A stretch of DNA of 64,000 bases from Eledone cirrhosa (GCA_964016885.1 OZ024743.1:336536001-336600000), one strand, 5' to 3'. Counted from the stretch's first letter, positions 29,564 through 48,985 are shown. Notes: generated from the letters alone by a model not told the origin. Translations and numbers: made by a program.

Positions 29564-30247
29564 TAAGTAAGTTGATTTTTAAAAATGTTCTTATTTTACG
29601 TCTTTCATATAATTGTTCTGCATCCCCCTGCATAGAACCACCTAGGTACTATGACATAACTTATGTATTTGCTAGCATGAGTGTACATCTGTACACATAT
29701 GTTGGTAAATATACTAATTCTCTATATTTATCTCCAAATTATTTATTTGTTGAGCAAACTTGCCAAATCCACTGCTAATTCATTGTAGTGGTAGTAGGCT
29801 CTTGTCATAATAGCACCCCACTCCTACCGACTAGCCTCAGTGTCACGTGATTGATTCTTTAGAATCTGCCACTTGACCAGAGACAGTGAACTTTTTCAGT
29901 GCTATGGAATTCAGTCCCCGCTAGCTGATCCATCCACTGAATTATTATTTTTATATGAGTTCCTAGTGTCCGCGCATCGCCTGGGAACTTAGCTGAGAAT
30001 AGACTCCCTGATGACGTAATGAATTCTCGATAGTTACATTGCGTAACTATATTTATCCCATTACAGAAACTAATTAGTTGGAGTGAAAATTTTAGTAAGT
30101 TGATTTTTAAAAATTTTCTTATTTTACATCTTTCATATAATTGTTCTGCATCCCCCTGCATAGAACCACCTAGGTACTATGACATAACTTATGTATTTGC
30201 TAGCATTAGTGTACATCTGTACGCATATGTTGGTAAATATACTAATT
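29564..30247 (+). mobile_element. Retrozyme-like element, family A copy 2
   Basis: Diverged homologue of 17588-18281, with a direct repeat at about 29564-29718 / 30094-30247. Confidence 0.75.
30003..30084 (+). ncRNA. Type I hammerhead ribozyme with extended stem II
   Basis: actcc-CTGATGA-c gtaatg...cattac a-GAAA-ctaattag-TT-ggagt. Confidence 0.75.
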
Positions 30248-30440
30248 AAGACCCCGACGGCTGAGCTCAAGCCGTTTCGACGGCTAATTCTGGACTAAGT
30301 TCATTTAGTCCAGAATTGGCCGTCGAAGCGGCTTGGGCTCAGCCGTCGGGGTCTTACTGGTTCCTATTACCCACTCTACTGCCCCAAGTATTGAGTACTT
30401 TGGTGCGGTCCACCTGGTTCCTTACCACATTTCCTTCGTT
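30247..30440 (+). repeat. Family B fold-back fragment, copy 2
   Basis: Arms 30247-30299 and 30304-30356. The tail is the reverse complement of 18475-18552. Confidence 0.75.
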
Positions 30441-30443
30441 ATA

Positions 30444-30480
<37 letters not shown>

Positions 30481-30498
30481 GGAAAAAATGAAACGAAA

Positions 30499-30564
<66 letters not shown>

Positions 30565-30568
<4 letters not shown>

Positions 30569-32182
30569 GAAGAGAGAAGAAACATTTAGATATAATTAGT
30601 AATAAAATGTATCATACCTAAACTGCTCCTAAATTCCTCGACTACGTAGTTTCGTGGCATAAACAAAAACAATATATCATGAAGATATAGAGTCCTTGCG
30701 AGGTCTGCCGACTTATCAAGAGGATACCTCATTTTACTAGTCTCAAGAACGCGTCTACACGACGTGAGAAAGAATCCCAAAAGGCGGAGGGGGAGATAGT
30801 CACGCGATATAACGGTCGAGAAACAGAGCTAAGCCTCTTATAACCCCGAAGAAAATACCACGGAGGCGGAGGGGGTATTTATATCGAGGCCGTAGAAGAG
30901 GTGGTGAAGAAGGCAAGAAGTATGAGTAATGGAAGCCTTCCAGCTGTCCCCACACCTCAAAGATTGCTCGACCAGAGGGAGTTATTAACAATATAATTAG
31001 AAACACAAAGATACATGCGGACACACACACATATATACATGAATGCATCCGCACCCAACTGTGAGTTAAGGGTGCCAACTTCACCGATGTTGCTCAATGA
31101 ATGACTGGGACAGACCAATTCAGTTGAACTAGACTGAACCAGTATCAGAGTTAAAAATACATTATGAAGAGAGAAGAAACATTTAGATATAATTAGTAAT
31201 AAAATGTATCATCACGTCGTGTAGACGCGTTCTTGAGACTAGTAAAATGAGGTATCCTCTTGATAAGTCGGCAGACCTCGCAAGGACTCTATATCTTCAT
31301 GATATATTGTTTTTGTTTATGCCACGAAACTACGTAGTCGAGGAATTTAGGAGCAGTTTAGGTATGATACATTTTATTACTAATTATATCTAAATGTTTC
31401 TTCTCTCTTCATAATGTATTTTTAACTCTGATACTGGTTCAGTCTAGTTCAACTGAATTGGTCTGTCCCAGTCATTCATTGAGCAACATCGGTGAAGTTG
31501 GCACCCTTAACTCACAGTTGGGTGCGGATGCATTCATGTATATATGTGTGTGTGTCCGCATGTATCTGTGTGTTTCTAATTATATTGTTAATAACTCCCT
31601 CTGGTCGAGCAATCTTTGAGGTGTGGGGACAGCTGGAAGGCTTCCATTACTCATACTTCTTGCCTTCTTCACCACCTCTTCTACGGCCTCGATATAAATA
31701 CCCCCTCCGCCTCCGTGGTATTTTCTTCGGGGTTATAAGAGGCTTAGCTCTGTTTCTCGACCGTTATATCGCGTGACTATCTCCCCCTCCGCCTTTTGGG
31801 ATTCTTTCTCACGTCGTGTAGACGCGTTCTTGAGACTAGTAAAATGAGGTATCCTCTTGATAAGTCGGCAGACCTCGCAAGGACTCTATATCTTCATGAT
31901 ATATTGTTTTTGTTTATGCCACGAAACTACGTAGTCGAGGAATTTAGGAGCAGTTTAGGTATGATACATTTTATTACTAATTATATCTAAATGTTTCTTC
32001 TCTCTTCATAATGTATTTTTAACTCTGATACTGGTTCAGTCTAGTTCAACTGAATTGGTCTGTCCCAGTCATTCATTGAGCAACATCGGTGAAGTTGGCA
32101 CCCTTAACTCACAGTTGGGTGCGGATGCATTCATGTATATATGTGTGTGTGTCCGCATGTATCTGTGTGTTTCTAATTATAT
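30565..32182. mobile_element. Retrozyme-like family C: 597-bp tandem units in inverted arrangement
   Basis: 30565-31212 minus (about 1.1 units) and 31212-32182 plus (about 1.6 units). Period 31212 to 31809, near-identical copies. Confidence 0.85.
31255..31344 (+). ncRNA. Type I hammerhead ribozyme, U3-A8 core variant (also 31852-31941 + and 30635-30724 -)
   Basis: tcctc-TTGATAA-gtcggca...tgccac-GAAA-ctacgta-GTC-gagga. Confidence 0.7.
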
Positions 32183-32224
<42 letters not shown>

Positions 32225-32227
32225 TAT

Positions 32228-32618
32228 ACGTTATTCCGGGTTGAATCGGAGGTAACCACAGTAAGTAAGGTACTCAATACATAGCAGAGTATAAAAGTTT
32301 TAATATAGATGAGATTCTGCAGGACTGGAACTGTTTCATTCATTGGAAGTCATCGGGAGTCTGGGTATCAAAGGGTAAAAATGGTATTTGTGGGTCTCTG
32401 CGGGTGGTGAGAGAGGGTGGGGAGTGGGATGGGTGTAGGTCATTGGTTGATGGAAGGGGGAATTCATTGAAGGCTAATTCTGCAAAGCTGTAGTTTGTTT
32501 TTATTTGTTTGTTTATGTTTTTGGAGTAGCGGGGGCGGACAGAATTCTGTAAACGGGTTCTGGATGGCATACCATTCCTTGTCATTAGGTTTCTCTTGAG
32601 CTAACAGATGTCTATAAA

Positions 32619-32620
<2 letters not shown>
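32228..32620 (-). mobile_element. pLTR family D copy, A>G hypermutated, HHR core damaged (32312-32362)
   Basis: Inverted homologue of about 33997-34390. The core reads CCGATGA and GCA instead of CTGATGA and GTA. Confidence 0.85.
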
Positions 32621-32654
<34 letters not shown>

Positions 32655-32859
32655 AAAGAATAGAGGTGTAACACACAAGTTATTATATATTGGTAAACGG
32701 AATAGAAAATGCTGACAAATTGTTCACAGTTGAAAAATGGTTTAATTAGGAATAAAAGAGTATTAGTGATTGTATGGGTTAGTATTCAGTTGTGGTTTTA
32801 AGTTTTTAAGTTTTTACCGGTTGCGCATTTCTAAATGCTTTTCAAAAATAATTTTGAGA

Positions 32860-33800
<941 letters not shown>

Positions 33801-33819
33801 ATGTGTCTGTTGATTTTTG

Positions 33820-34388
33820 GCATATAGTTGATTAGTTTAAGAGAAGTTCGAAGATAATTGTAAGATATGCACTCAGTAGTTTGAATCTGTCTACAGAATT
33901 CTCTAAACCTTTGTCACTTAGTAGAACCTTAATGATTTTAGCTTTTAAAGAATCTCCCTTTTCTTTAATTCTATCGACCATGACTGACCCCCCACTGATT
34001 TTATAGACATCTGTTAGCTTAAGAGAAACTTAATGACAAGGAATGGTATGCCATCCAGAACCTGTTTATAGAATTCTGTCTGCCTTTGTTACTCTAAAAA
34101 CATAAATAAATAAATAAAAATAAACTATAGCTTTGTAGAATTAGCTTTTAATGAATTCCCTTTTCTATCAACCAATGACCTACACCCATCCCACTCCCCA
34201 CCCTCTCCTACCACTTGTAGAGACCTATAAATACCATTTTTATTTTTTGATACCCAGATTCCTGATGATTTCTAATGAATGAAACAGTTCTAGTCCTGTA
34301 GAATCTCATCTATATTAAAACTTTTATACTCTGCTATGTATTGAGTACCTTACTTACTGTGGTTACCTCCGATTCAACCCGGAATAAC

Positions 34389-34390
<2 letters not shown>
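33820..34390 (+). mobile_element. pLTR family D
   Basis: Homologous to 57160-57718 and 48986-49070, and contains a diverged internal duplication. Confidence 0.8.
34256..34306 (+). ncRNA. Type I hammerhead ribozyme (also 49002-49052 - and 57584-57634 +)
   Basis: agattc-CTGATGA-tttc taat gaat-GAAA-cag ttctagtc ctg-TA-gaatct. Confidence 0.85.
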
Positions 34391-34461
<71 letters not shown>

Positions 34462-34501
34462 CATATATACATATATATATATATATACATATATACATAT
34501 A

Positions 34502-34535
<34 letters not shown>

Positions 34536-34548
34536 CACATATATATAT

Positions 34549-34597
<49 letters not shown>

Positions 34598-34649
34598 CAT
34601 ATATTTATATACATATATATATACATATATATATACATATATATATATA

Positions 34650-39010
<4,361 letters not shown>

Positions 39011-39051
39011 TATATATACATATATATATATACATATACATATACATATAC

Positions 39052-40040
<989 letters not shown>

Positions 40041-40065
40041 AGATGTATATATGTATATATGTATA

Positions 40066-40101
<36 letters not shown>

Positions 40102-40112
40102 CATATATATAA

Positions 40113-40234
<122 letters not shown>

Positions 40235-40689
40235 AAGGAAGATGTTGCCGAAGGGTATTATATGTTTAATCAAATCCGTACCTAACTAATAAGTGGGTAT
40301 AACCATAAATATTTTAAAGATGAATATTTATAATATCACTTTAAAAGAAAAACGTTTGAGAACCAGACCAGTCGAGAATTTTGTTTTTAATTTGTTCTTT
40401 TGCTAGCTAGAAGTTTCCTTCTGTTTCAAGAGACTCTGGCTTCGCAGCCACTCAACATTAAATCCCGACGGTGAGGCAAGACGCAGAATTGATCTTAGGC
40501 CCACGCCTGTATGGGGTTCGGCGACGGAACCGCGAATGGCTGACACTCATATCTTCGATAGCGTCGGACCGTCATGCCTGGTCGGCCTTCTTTCGGATAC
40601 GGTAAATTCGTTGGACGGAGCCGGCTCAACCAACCAAGCGTGAATGCCGCCACACACACACTCACACACACACAACATTTTATTATGAA

Positions 40690-41070
40690 GGACGTGATTA
40701 TCATGCTTCTCAGAAAGCTCGATTAGCCTAATTTGTGTAATGGGATGCGTATGGCTGTGATTGAACAACAGCCTCACGTTATCGAAGCGAAAATCGTCAC
40801 TGGATGTGGTGAGACATCGTATTTATACCTAGAATACCACTAATACCAACAGATGTCCCCCTTCGTTTCAAACGGTCATTGCAATTTCCTGTGAGGATCA
40901 GTTACTCAAGTCCCAATATCAAACATTGCAAGTTGTTGGTATTCATCTATAAGAGGGCTATTTCTCAGTGTCAATTGTATATTGGTTCTTCCAGAGTAGG
41001 AAGCCCCAACAAACTCTATCCGTGCTCCGAAGAATAGAGTTAAAAATATTGTATATACCGAAGTTCAGTA
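40690..41070 (+). pseudogene. Helitron PIF1-like helicase C-terminal remnant
   Basis: IMLLRKL..NLCNG, IEAKIVTG, FIPRIPL, QFPVR and KNIVY, with stops and frameshifts. Confidence 0.7.
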
Positions 41071-41373
41071 AACGTTTCATAATTTTCGAATTTATAATGT
41101 TTGAATCCAGATTAGTTGAAAACACGAAAAACCTTGATTATTACCAATTGTATTTAGTGTTATTTGCAGTCAACAAACAAATAAACATTTTTTTAATAAG
41201 TATTATATATATTTATTCCTTCTGCAAGTGTGTTTTATATTTACAGTCAAAATTTGTTTCATTATTTTCCACTCCCTACTTGAATTACAATTGTTCAATC
41301 CAAACATTCAGTACCATGTATCGGATGATTAATTTTACTTCAATATAAAGGAGGTTTCTAAGAGCTTGCATTG

Positions 41374-41568
41374 TCATTTACAACAACATTTACCACCCCA
41401 CTGATTGTCGGTTTCAAACAGACCTCTCTGCATACTGGCCTCGTAGTAGGTGTTACAAACAGCACCATTTACTTTAAGAAGTTCATCAAATACTTGAGGG
41501 CCTCTAACTTCATTAAGCAATATCCTCAAGTGGAAACAATATGGTGATTTGAGCATGTCAGGGTTCAT
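41374..41568 (-). pseudogene. Helitron Rep-helicase remnant
   Basis: HLRILLNEVRGPQVFDELLKVNG..CNTYYEAS..RGLFETDNQW. Confidence 0.7.
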
Positions 41569-41703
41569 TATAATTATTGATGTTCTATGAAAGCTTCGTT
41601 AATGAAGGAATACAAACTTCGAAAAAATCTTGTGTACGATAATTTCTCATTGCTAATAAATTTATTTAAATGTCAATTGTTGCCTCTCTCTCTCTCTCTC
41701 TCT

Positions 41704-41755
<52 letters not shown>

Positions 41756-41785
41756 CCTTCTCTCTCTCTCTCTCTCTCTCTCTCG

Positions 41786-41821
<36 letters not shown>

Positions 41822-42137
41822 ATTTCCCCACTCTCTCTATCTCGATCTTTCTAATACTATTGGTTTTTCTTTCTTGACTAGACAATAACCACATTGCCAC
41901 TTTTAATATCACTTTTAACTTCACTTCAGTAAATTTTAACAATGGAAACTTAGAAGACAATAAGCTGTTTAATAATGGAAACGATATCTATGCTTAATTG
42001 CGCTGTTGGGTACGATAAGTAATCATTGGTAATGAATATATATATATGTATACACATATGTATAAATATATATGTGTATACACACATGTATAAATATGTG
42101 TATACACATGTGTATAAATATATATATGTATACACAC

Positions 42138-42234
<97 letters not shown>

Positions 42235-42743
42235 GTTTTGCGAGGTTTTTTATATGAAATCGTGTGTCGAAACAAATATTGTTATACTTGGGAGGGTCAT
42301 ATTGTTGTAATAATATTGCCAGAATTAATAACAGAACACACTCACTGTTTGGTTGGTTTTCGCTTCTGTATCCTTTATATCGGTTAATTTTTTCGGTCCT
42401 CAATGTTTACCATTGACTGACCAACGGTCAAAAATATTGATATAATATAGAGACAAACACATATATATAGTCTACCAAAGTTCTTTCGTTGCATATCTGC
42501 AACATCGTCAGTGGTGCTATTATGTTTCCTCCTATTGTATTGTATGTCTACGCCATCTTTATTTCATCTGTTTATTTATTTATTTTTTTATTTTTGTCTT
42601 CTTCTCTGCGCAAGCGTTTGCGTGTGTGTATAGTGTTTGATGTGTGTTCGTGTTTGGGTGACTGTGTTTTGGTTATTGTATTCTATCTTACTTTACTAGT
42701 GCGTGTTTATATGTGTTTGTTGTTATTGTGCTTGTGTATGTAT

Positions 42744-42790
<47 letters not shown>

Positions 42791-43380
42791 TACTTCTCTT
42801 AGGTCAGTGTTGTTTGTTTGGGTGTTGTTGTTATTCCATTCATTTTTTCTGTTTACCTTTGGCCTTCTAAGTTATATTTCGCTGGCCTCTCTGATTTGCC
42901 TATCTGCTGGGTCATTTCTATGTTTAGATACTATTTTAATTTCTATGTTGTCTATGTTACCGTCATGTTGTTGTCTGGCGTGTTTGTATAGTACTGAACC
43001 ATTTTTTCGTCCTTTTAGTTCCCCCCAGTGTTGGTCTATCCTTTCACCTATGCTTCGAGCTGTCTCGCCTATGTATGTTGTTGTTATGTTTCTGCAGGTA
43101 CCCTCTGTACATCTTATGCTATAGACTACGTTTCTAATTTTACAGTTTATCCGGGGGTTTACTTTACATATAATACATTTCCTATTAGTACAGTGGGTTT
43201 TCTTAAAAGGGTATGTTTTGCTGATCAGGGATTTTATGGTGGTTCCTGGCTTTTCTACCACCTTAATCTTTAAGTGGGTCTTTCTCAGGGCCTTTCTACA
43301 CTGGTCAGCTAATTTCCCTCCAGGGGTAGCATCCACGAACATGACACTCTGGTATCTCTGGTTGTCGTACCATGATGTTC
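42235..43380 (-). mobile_element. PLE 3' fragment (GIY-YIG), sister of 19076-19980, HHR at 42474-42515
   Basis: ORF 42872-43342. acca-CTGACGA-tgttgcagatatgcaac-GAAA-gaac-TT-tggt. Confidence 0.85.
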
Positions 43381-43734
43381 TGGGTTTGTGTGTGTGTGTG
43401 AGTGTTTATGTGTGTGTGTTTGTGTGAGTGTCTGTGTTTATGTATATGTTTGTGTGTGTGTGTGTATGCGTGTGTATGTGTGTGTATGTGTGTGTATATG
43501 TGAGTGTGTTTGGAGTTCCTTTATATTAAAAGTTGAAGATTATTTTAGAGTTTGTAGATAAACATAAGAATAAAAATACAAACAAGGATATAAAGATTTG
43601 TGGAAAGGGGAAAGGGTTCTTTTGGGGGAGAGGTGTTACATTTGTCAAAACAGAAACTTCTAGAAGTTCTATTGAAAATGTTTGGGGGAAAATATTATTT
43701 TCTCTTGTGGTGTGTGTGTGTTTGTTCACGGAAG

Positions 43735-43781
<47 letters not shown>

Positions 43782-44511
43782 ATACATAGGTCTGTTTACA
43801 GATGTGTGTAATTTTGTTGTTCTCAGCAATTGACCATTATTTCCCGCCGAGGTTAACTTTGCCTTTCATCCTTACGGGGTCGATAAAATAAAGTACCAGT
43901 AATGCACTGGGTAATTGCTGCCCTTGTGCCAAAAGTAGAAACAATTATTTAATACCTAATGTCTTATATTTGTTAATAAATAGTTTTTTTGTTTACAACA
44001 CACAAACACAGACACACACAGTAAAAAACACACTAAACATACACCTACACAATCACACACACTAGAGAAAGTTACTTCCCTTGATAATAAACCAGTTTGA
44101 GTTGCGTCCCTTGAAAACACAATTTAGTTGTTTCCAGCCGTGTCGTTTACGTAGATAATATTTACACCAGGAAACAAATAGTGGGATCACTTTATGGTAT
44201 AAAGTATATAAGCCATGGATAGACCAGTATTTACGTTATACAATACACACAAAAAATGTATTATTTAAGGAAAGGAATAGGGAATGTTAATTTCATCATG
44301 TTTCTTCACCAAATTGAGAACACGTAATATAAAATTAATTATTCTAAATTCCATTTATTCCTCAAAATTGAGGTACATGATGAAATTAATTCTGAATTCA
44401 TGATACAAAAATGATAAAAATGAAAATACGAAATATTTCACTTTTATGAGGGGAGATAAATTCCATCTTTGAGAATTACATTTCAGCTTACACATGATGA
44501 ATCTTCCTGAT

Positions 44512-44706
44512 TGCGGTGGATTGGCAGTATCGGTAGAGTGTCGGACGCCATGCTTTGACGCATGGAGTTACCACCCTTTATGATCTGAGTTCAAATCCCG
44601 CCGAGGTTAACTTTGCCTTTCATCCTTACCGGGTCGATAAAATAAAGTACCAGTAATGCACTGTGATAATTCCTGGCCTTGTGTCAAAAGTAGAAACAAT
44701 TATTTC
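44512..44706 (+). mobile_element. OK-like SINE (partial duplicate at 43840-43950, tail fragment at 59905-60000)
   Basis: A/B-box-like tggcagtatcgg...gagttcaaatccc, ending ggccttgtgtcaaaagtagaaacaattatt. Confidence 0.75.
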
Positions 44707-45039
44707 ATTTAATCGTAAACATGCTGAATCTCCTTGAGTATTAGATTTAAGGATACACATGCGGAATCTCCCTAAGAATCAACCGTACACATGCAGAAAC
44801 TCACTGAGAATTTATGAATTTAAATAGATACATGTATAACACATGTATAAATATATATGTATGTATACTCATATGTATAAATATATATACATGTATAAAT
44901 CAATATGTGTATACACACACATGTATAAATCAATATGTGTATATAACAGTTATTGGCAAATAGTGTAAATTAATCTTTAAAAATGTATAAGTGAGTAAAT
45001 TCCTCTTGACTAAAACTATTAGTATACTAGATGGTGATC

Positions 45040-45800
45040 AGTTGACACCTCAGACTCTCTCTTAACAGGATCATCCAGCACAGAATCGATACAGCAACAA
45101 AATCTATTATTGATGTCAACCCCTGATTCCCTTTATACAATGTATATTTATGGATGTCTTCGTGCTGGACGATTATGTTCTAGAAATTGAGTCAATTTCA
45201 AGAACAGAATTATAAGGCTCCTCCATTCGTATTTACATCTGGGTCGACGTTCCTTCCAACCAATTCTTTCCATGTCAGGGGTTCAGTGCCAACATGCGCA
45301 TTGAAGTCCCCATCATGATATCTGTTGGGTCGTAACTACATCTGGCTCTGCAGTGACTTCATCAAGGAAGGATATGTATTCGGACTCCTTGTTTGGTGCA
45401 TTAACTTAGAAACCTATCATTCAGCATAAGCTTCAAGGGGAAAATCCTCTCTCCCAATTGATTTCAGTTCATAACACATTCTGACAGCCGGTTGCATGTA
45501 TGTCTCCCCACACCCGGCTGTACCGTCAATTCTGGTGCCACACATGAATAGTGGAGTTTCTATCCTCCATCCAATTCTACCGAACCAGAGCCACGGAACT
45601 TTGTTGAGGAAACCCCGGCTATATCTAGCCGGTAGCAATTTGCCTACTCTAATTGTTTCTGCTCCTTACCTATAATGGTTGTGATGTTCCAGGTTTCAAT
45701 TATCATGGTTTGCTTCCTTATGAACCCGGTCTGGGGTCTCAGGATACATAATCTTGAGCGTCCATTCCACGCCTCCCAGGACAGGTCACAGGCCCATCTC
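45040..45800 (-). pseudogene. Degraded LINE 5' region with APE endonuclease remnant
   Basis: Minus-strand peptides IETWN, VNAPNK and IMMGDFNA. Confidence 0.45.
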
Positions 45801-46111
45801 CAGTTTTTGCAGCATGAAATGGAGACTGCAATATATTTTTCAAACAGGTCCCTCTACCTAAGGCTTGAACGCGTCCCTTTTGTATATATATGTGAAAAAA
45901 AACAAATAAAGATAAAAAATAAAAATAAAGCATGATCAGAATACAAGGAATGAGAAAATTTAAAAATAAAGGCATGATCAAAATAAACTGAAATTAAAAG
46001 GGGGGTAAACAGGTGGTGGAAGGGTGTGGGGTGAGTAGGGGTGGTGGCGGGTGGAGTGGGGAGAGGGAGACGGGTGTCCGAGCGGGGAGGGCTGAAGGTG
46101 GTGTGTGTGTG

Positions 46112-46147
<36 letters not shown>

Positions 46148-46789
46148 TAAGGGTTGGGGAAAAACGGGGTTGCATGTTCAGGAAGGGGTGTGTGTGGGGG
46201 GTGTTTTTGTGGGTCGGAGTGTCTGTGCGTGTGTGGATAGGGGGTGGGGGGAGAGGAATCACGAGGCTGAGGGTGTAAATATGTGGTGGGAAGCACGTGT
46301 GTGTGGGGTTTAAGCGTGTTGTGGGTGTGGGTGGAGTGTGGAGAAAAAAATGTTGGGGGGGTGTGTGTGCGGGTGAGTTATATAGGTGATTACGCAAGAG
46401 GATGGTTGAAAAGTTGGTAAGTTCCAAGGATGTTCAGTAGATTGTTTGTAAGTCAAATTCTGCGTGTGGGTAATCCATGAAGTGGTGGTCGGAAGAGGAG
46501 AGATGTGGGTGCGCGCGCAACAGGAAGTGGTAAGCAGTGGGAGTGCTGTGGTCTGTTGGTGCTGGGAGGTGGCCAGAGGGCACAGCAGCAGTCAGTGGAA
46601 TGGTAGGCGGCGAGGATGGGTAGGTGTGAAAGTTGGAGTGAGGAGGGTGTGTATGTGTGTATTAGTAGGGGTGTTAGTGGGATGAGTGAGTGTGGAGTGA
46701 GGGTGTGGGTGGAGTGGGGAGAGAAGGGTGTGTGTGTGGTTCTATGGAGGGAGTGTGGTGTACTGGTGTGTGTGATATATATATATATA

Positions 46790-48270
46790 CGTGGGAAAGT
46801 AAGAAATCGGAGAATAGACCGTTAAAACATGTTTATTTAAAACAGCAACCTACGTACGTTTCGCCCAGTTGGGCTTCTCAAGGGCATAAATAATCAAAAG
46901 TGTTCCTTACATTGCTCGGAAAGAGTATTGGGGGTTAAATCCACGTCAAGGTTCATTGCTCGCAAAAATAGCTTGTTTTGATTTTGCAGCAGGTCAAGGG
47001 AGGTAACTCTGGCCGGTGTTAGGTCAGTCTTTCCCGGACAAATGTTTTTATCCGCTACGAGATGAGGTTACAACCTTACCATTGTCGATACGCATGTAAT
47101 CAACGCTTATTTTGAGAATTTCTTTTGCCGCATCTGTTTGTCTGAGTCGTTTGAGGCTGGATCTGGTATGCAAGGATAGTTTCCTGGGTGTTCTTTTGCA
47201 GCCCCTGCCCGGTGGGGTGTTAAGACTTGTTGCAGGGAGATCCGGTGCACGGTTTCACCCCACATCCTTAACCCATCTGAAGAAGGATATTTTTAAGCGA
47301 TGTGTACAACTTATCGCTGTTTCAGCTCTGCTGTTGATGAACTCGTGGGGTGCAGTTATGATGTGGTAGAGCTCCATGAGGCAAAGATCGCATTTCCTCT
47401 TGAAGTTGTACGGTGCAGTCCTGCCGACAATATCCCAGTGCGTGGAGAAGCTGATGTTTAAGTACTTTAGTGATGTGATCTAATCCGCGAGCGAAGTGGA
47501 GTGTCTTAGTTTTTTATTTGTGAAAGAATGGAGATGTGTTCGAAACCTAATTTTGAACGGGCCGGAGGTAGCCCCTATATAATGTTTAACGCTATTGTGG
47601 CTAGTCATAGTGCATCTATATATAACCCTATCAGTCAAGCAGTATCCTCTAAGGGGGCAGCGTCCTCTGTCGCGGCAGTTGGAATTTCTGTCGCGGTTCC
47701 GTCTATTTCCCACGGTAAGGCTCTCATTGTTGCTGCCTAAGTTGTTACCTACGCTACCGCAGCTGTCGTTAGCACCATTACAACCCACAGCACGCGGGGT
47801 GGTGTGATTGTTATTCCGCACGTCATGTCCTGCATGTTCCCCAATCATTTCGCGGTTATGCTGGTTGCGTCTGCGGATGCCGTTGCCAACACTATTGGAT
47901 GCTGCCAGGGAGTTGTTAAGGCCGATATAGTTATTGTCAGGTGTAGGTGCGTCTGTGTCGAGGTGCTGTGTCTTGGTGATCTTACTGTGGTTCGTTGTTC
48001 CTATGATGTCTGCTAGGTTAGGAGTAGTAGAGAAGGATATTTTTATATTGTTCCTAATAAGAATTTTTCTATACCTATGGTTGGGCGGGAAGTTCTTCTC
48101 TAAGGCTTCAAAGAACATCCGTGGTATGTTGGAGGCCACACTCTGAGGGTAGTGGGGTGGAAATATAGGACGTTACGGTGGCGATTACGTGTCCTTGTAC
48201 GTTTGCTACGGGTGGTTCCATCTAGGTGACCGCTCTTATGTGTGTTAATGCGCAGTCGCCCGTTCGGTGC
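46790..48270 (-). mobile_element. PLE 3' fragment (linker, GIY-YIG, pLTR with HHR at 46849-46883)
   Basis: IKISFSTTPNL, CPLRGYCL and VIYRC..YIGATSGPFKIRF. cc-TTGAGAA-gccc aact gggc-GAAA-cgtacg-TA-gg. Confidence 0.85.
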
Positions 48271-48434
48271 CCCTTTCACTTTATGCTCGGGTGTACTCTT
48301 CTTCCCTCTTCCATGTTTATGTACAGGAAGATGTTGGTTGGAAGGCGTTGGTAGAAGGCCGTCGCCTTTGTTGATTTTGTAATAGGGGAATAGTTCGAGT
48401 AATCTACAGTGGTCACCGTCGCCGGGGTCGTGAT

Positions 48435-48507
<73 letters not shown>

Positions 48508-48901
48508 AATACATTAACAGAGAAAGCTTTTAGCAATACTCCGACCGGCTTCCGTCTCACTCAACAAACATTAGGATATAGCTTAGTATAATCCCAATTA
48601 TACGTTTGGGGTGCTAACTATACGTATTTTGCGGATAGCCAGTTGTATTATTTTATATGAGACATAATTAAAATACATCTCTCTTTCCAAACGATCGTTT
48701 CATTATAAGTTTTCTACAAATTGGGAAAATAATGTCCAGGTTATGTAGAAGCCTACACATAGTCCGTAGGAATATATGTAGGTGGGCACTTATAAATCAT
48801 CAGTTGATGCCCGACAAATATCGATATAAAAAAAACCTTACCGATATTAATGTTCAGCGATGGTACCTCTCCGTGCTAGAATGACCGACAAATTTGAAAT
48901 T

Positions 48902-48985
<84 letters not shown>

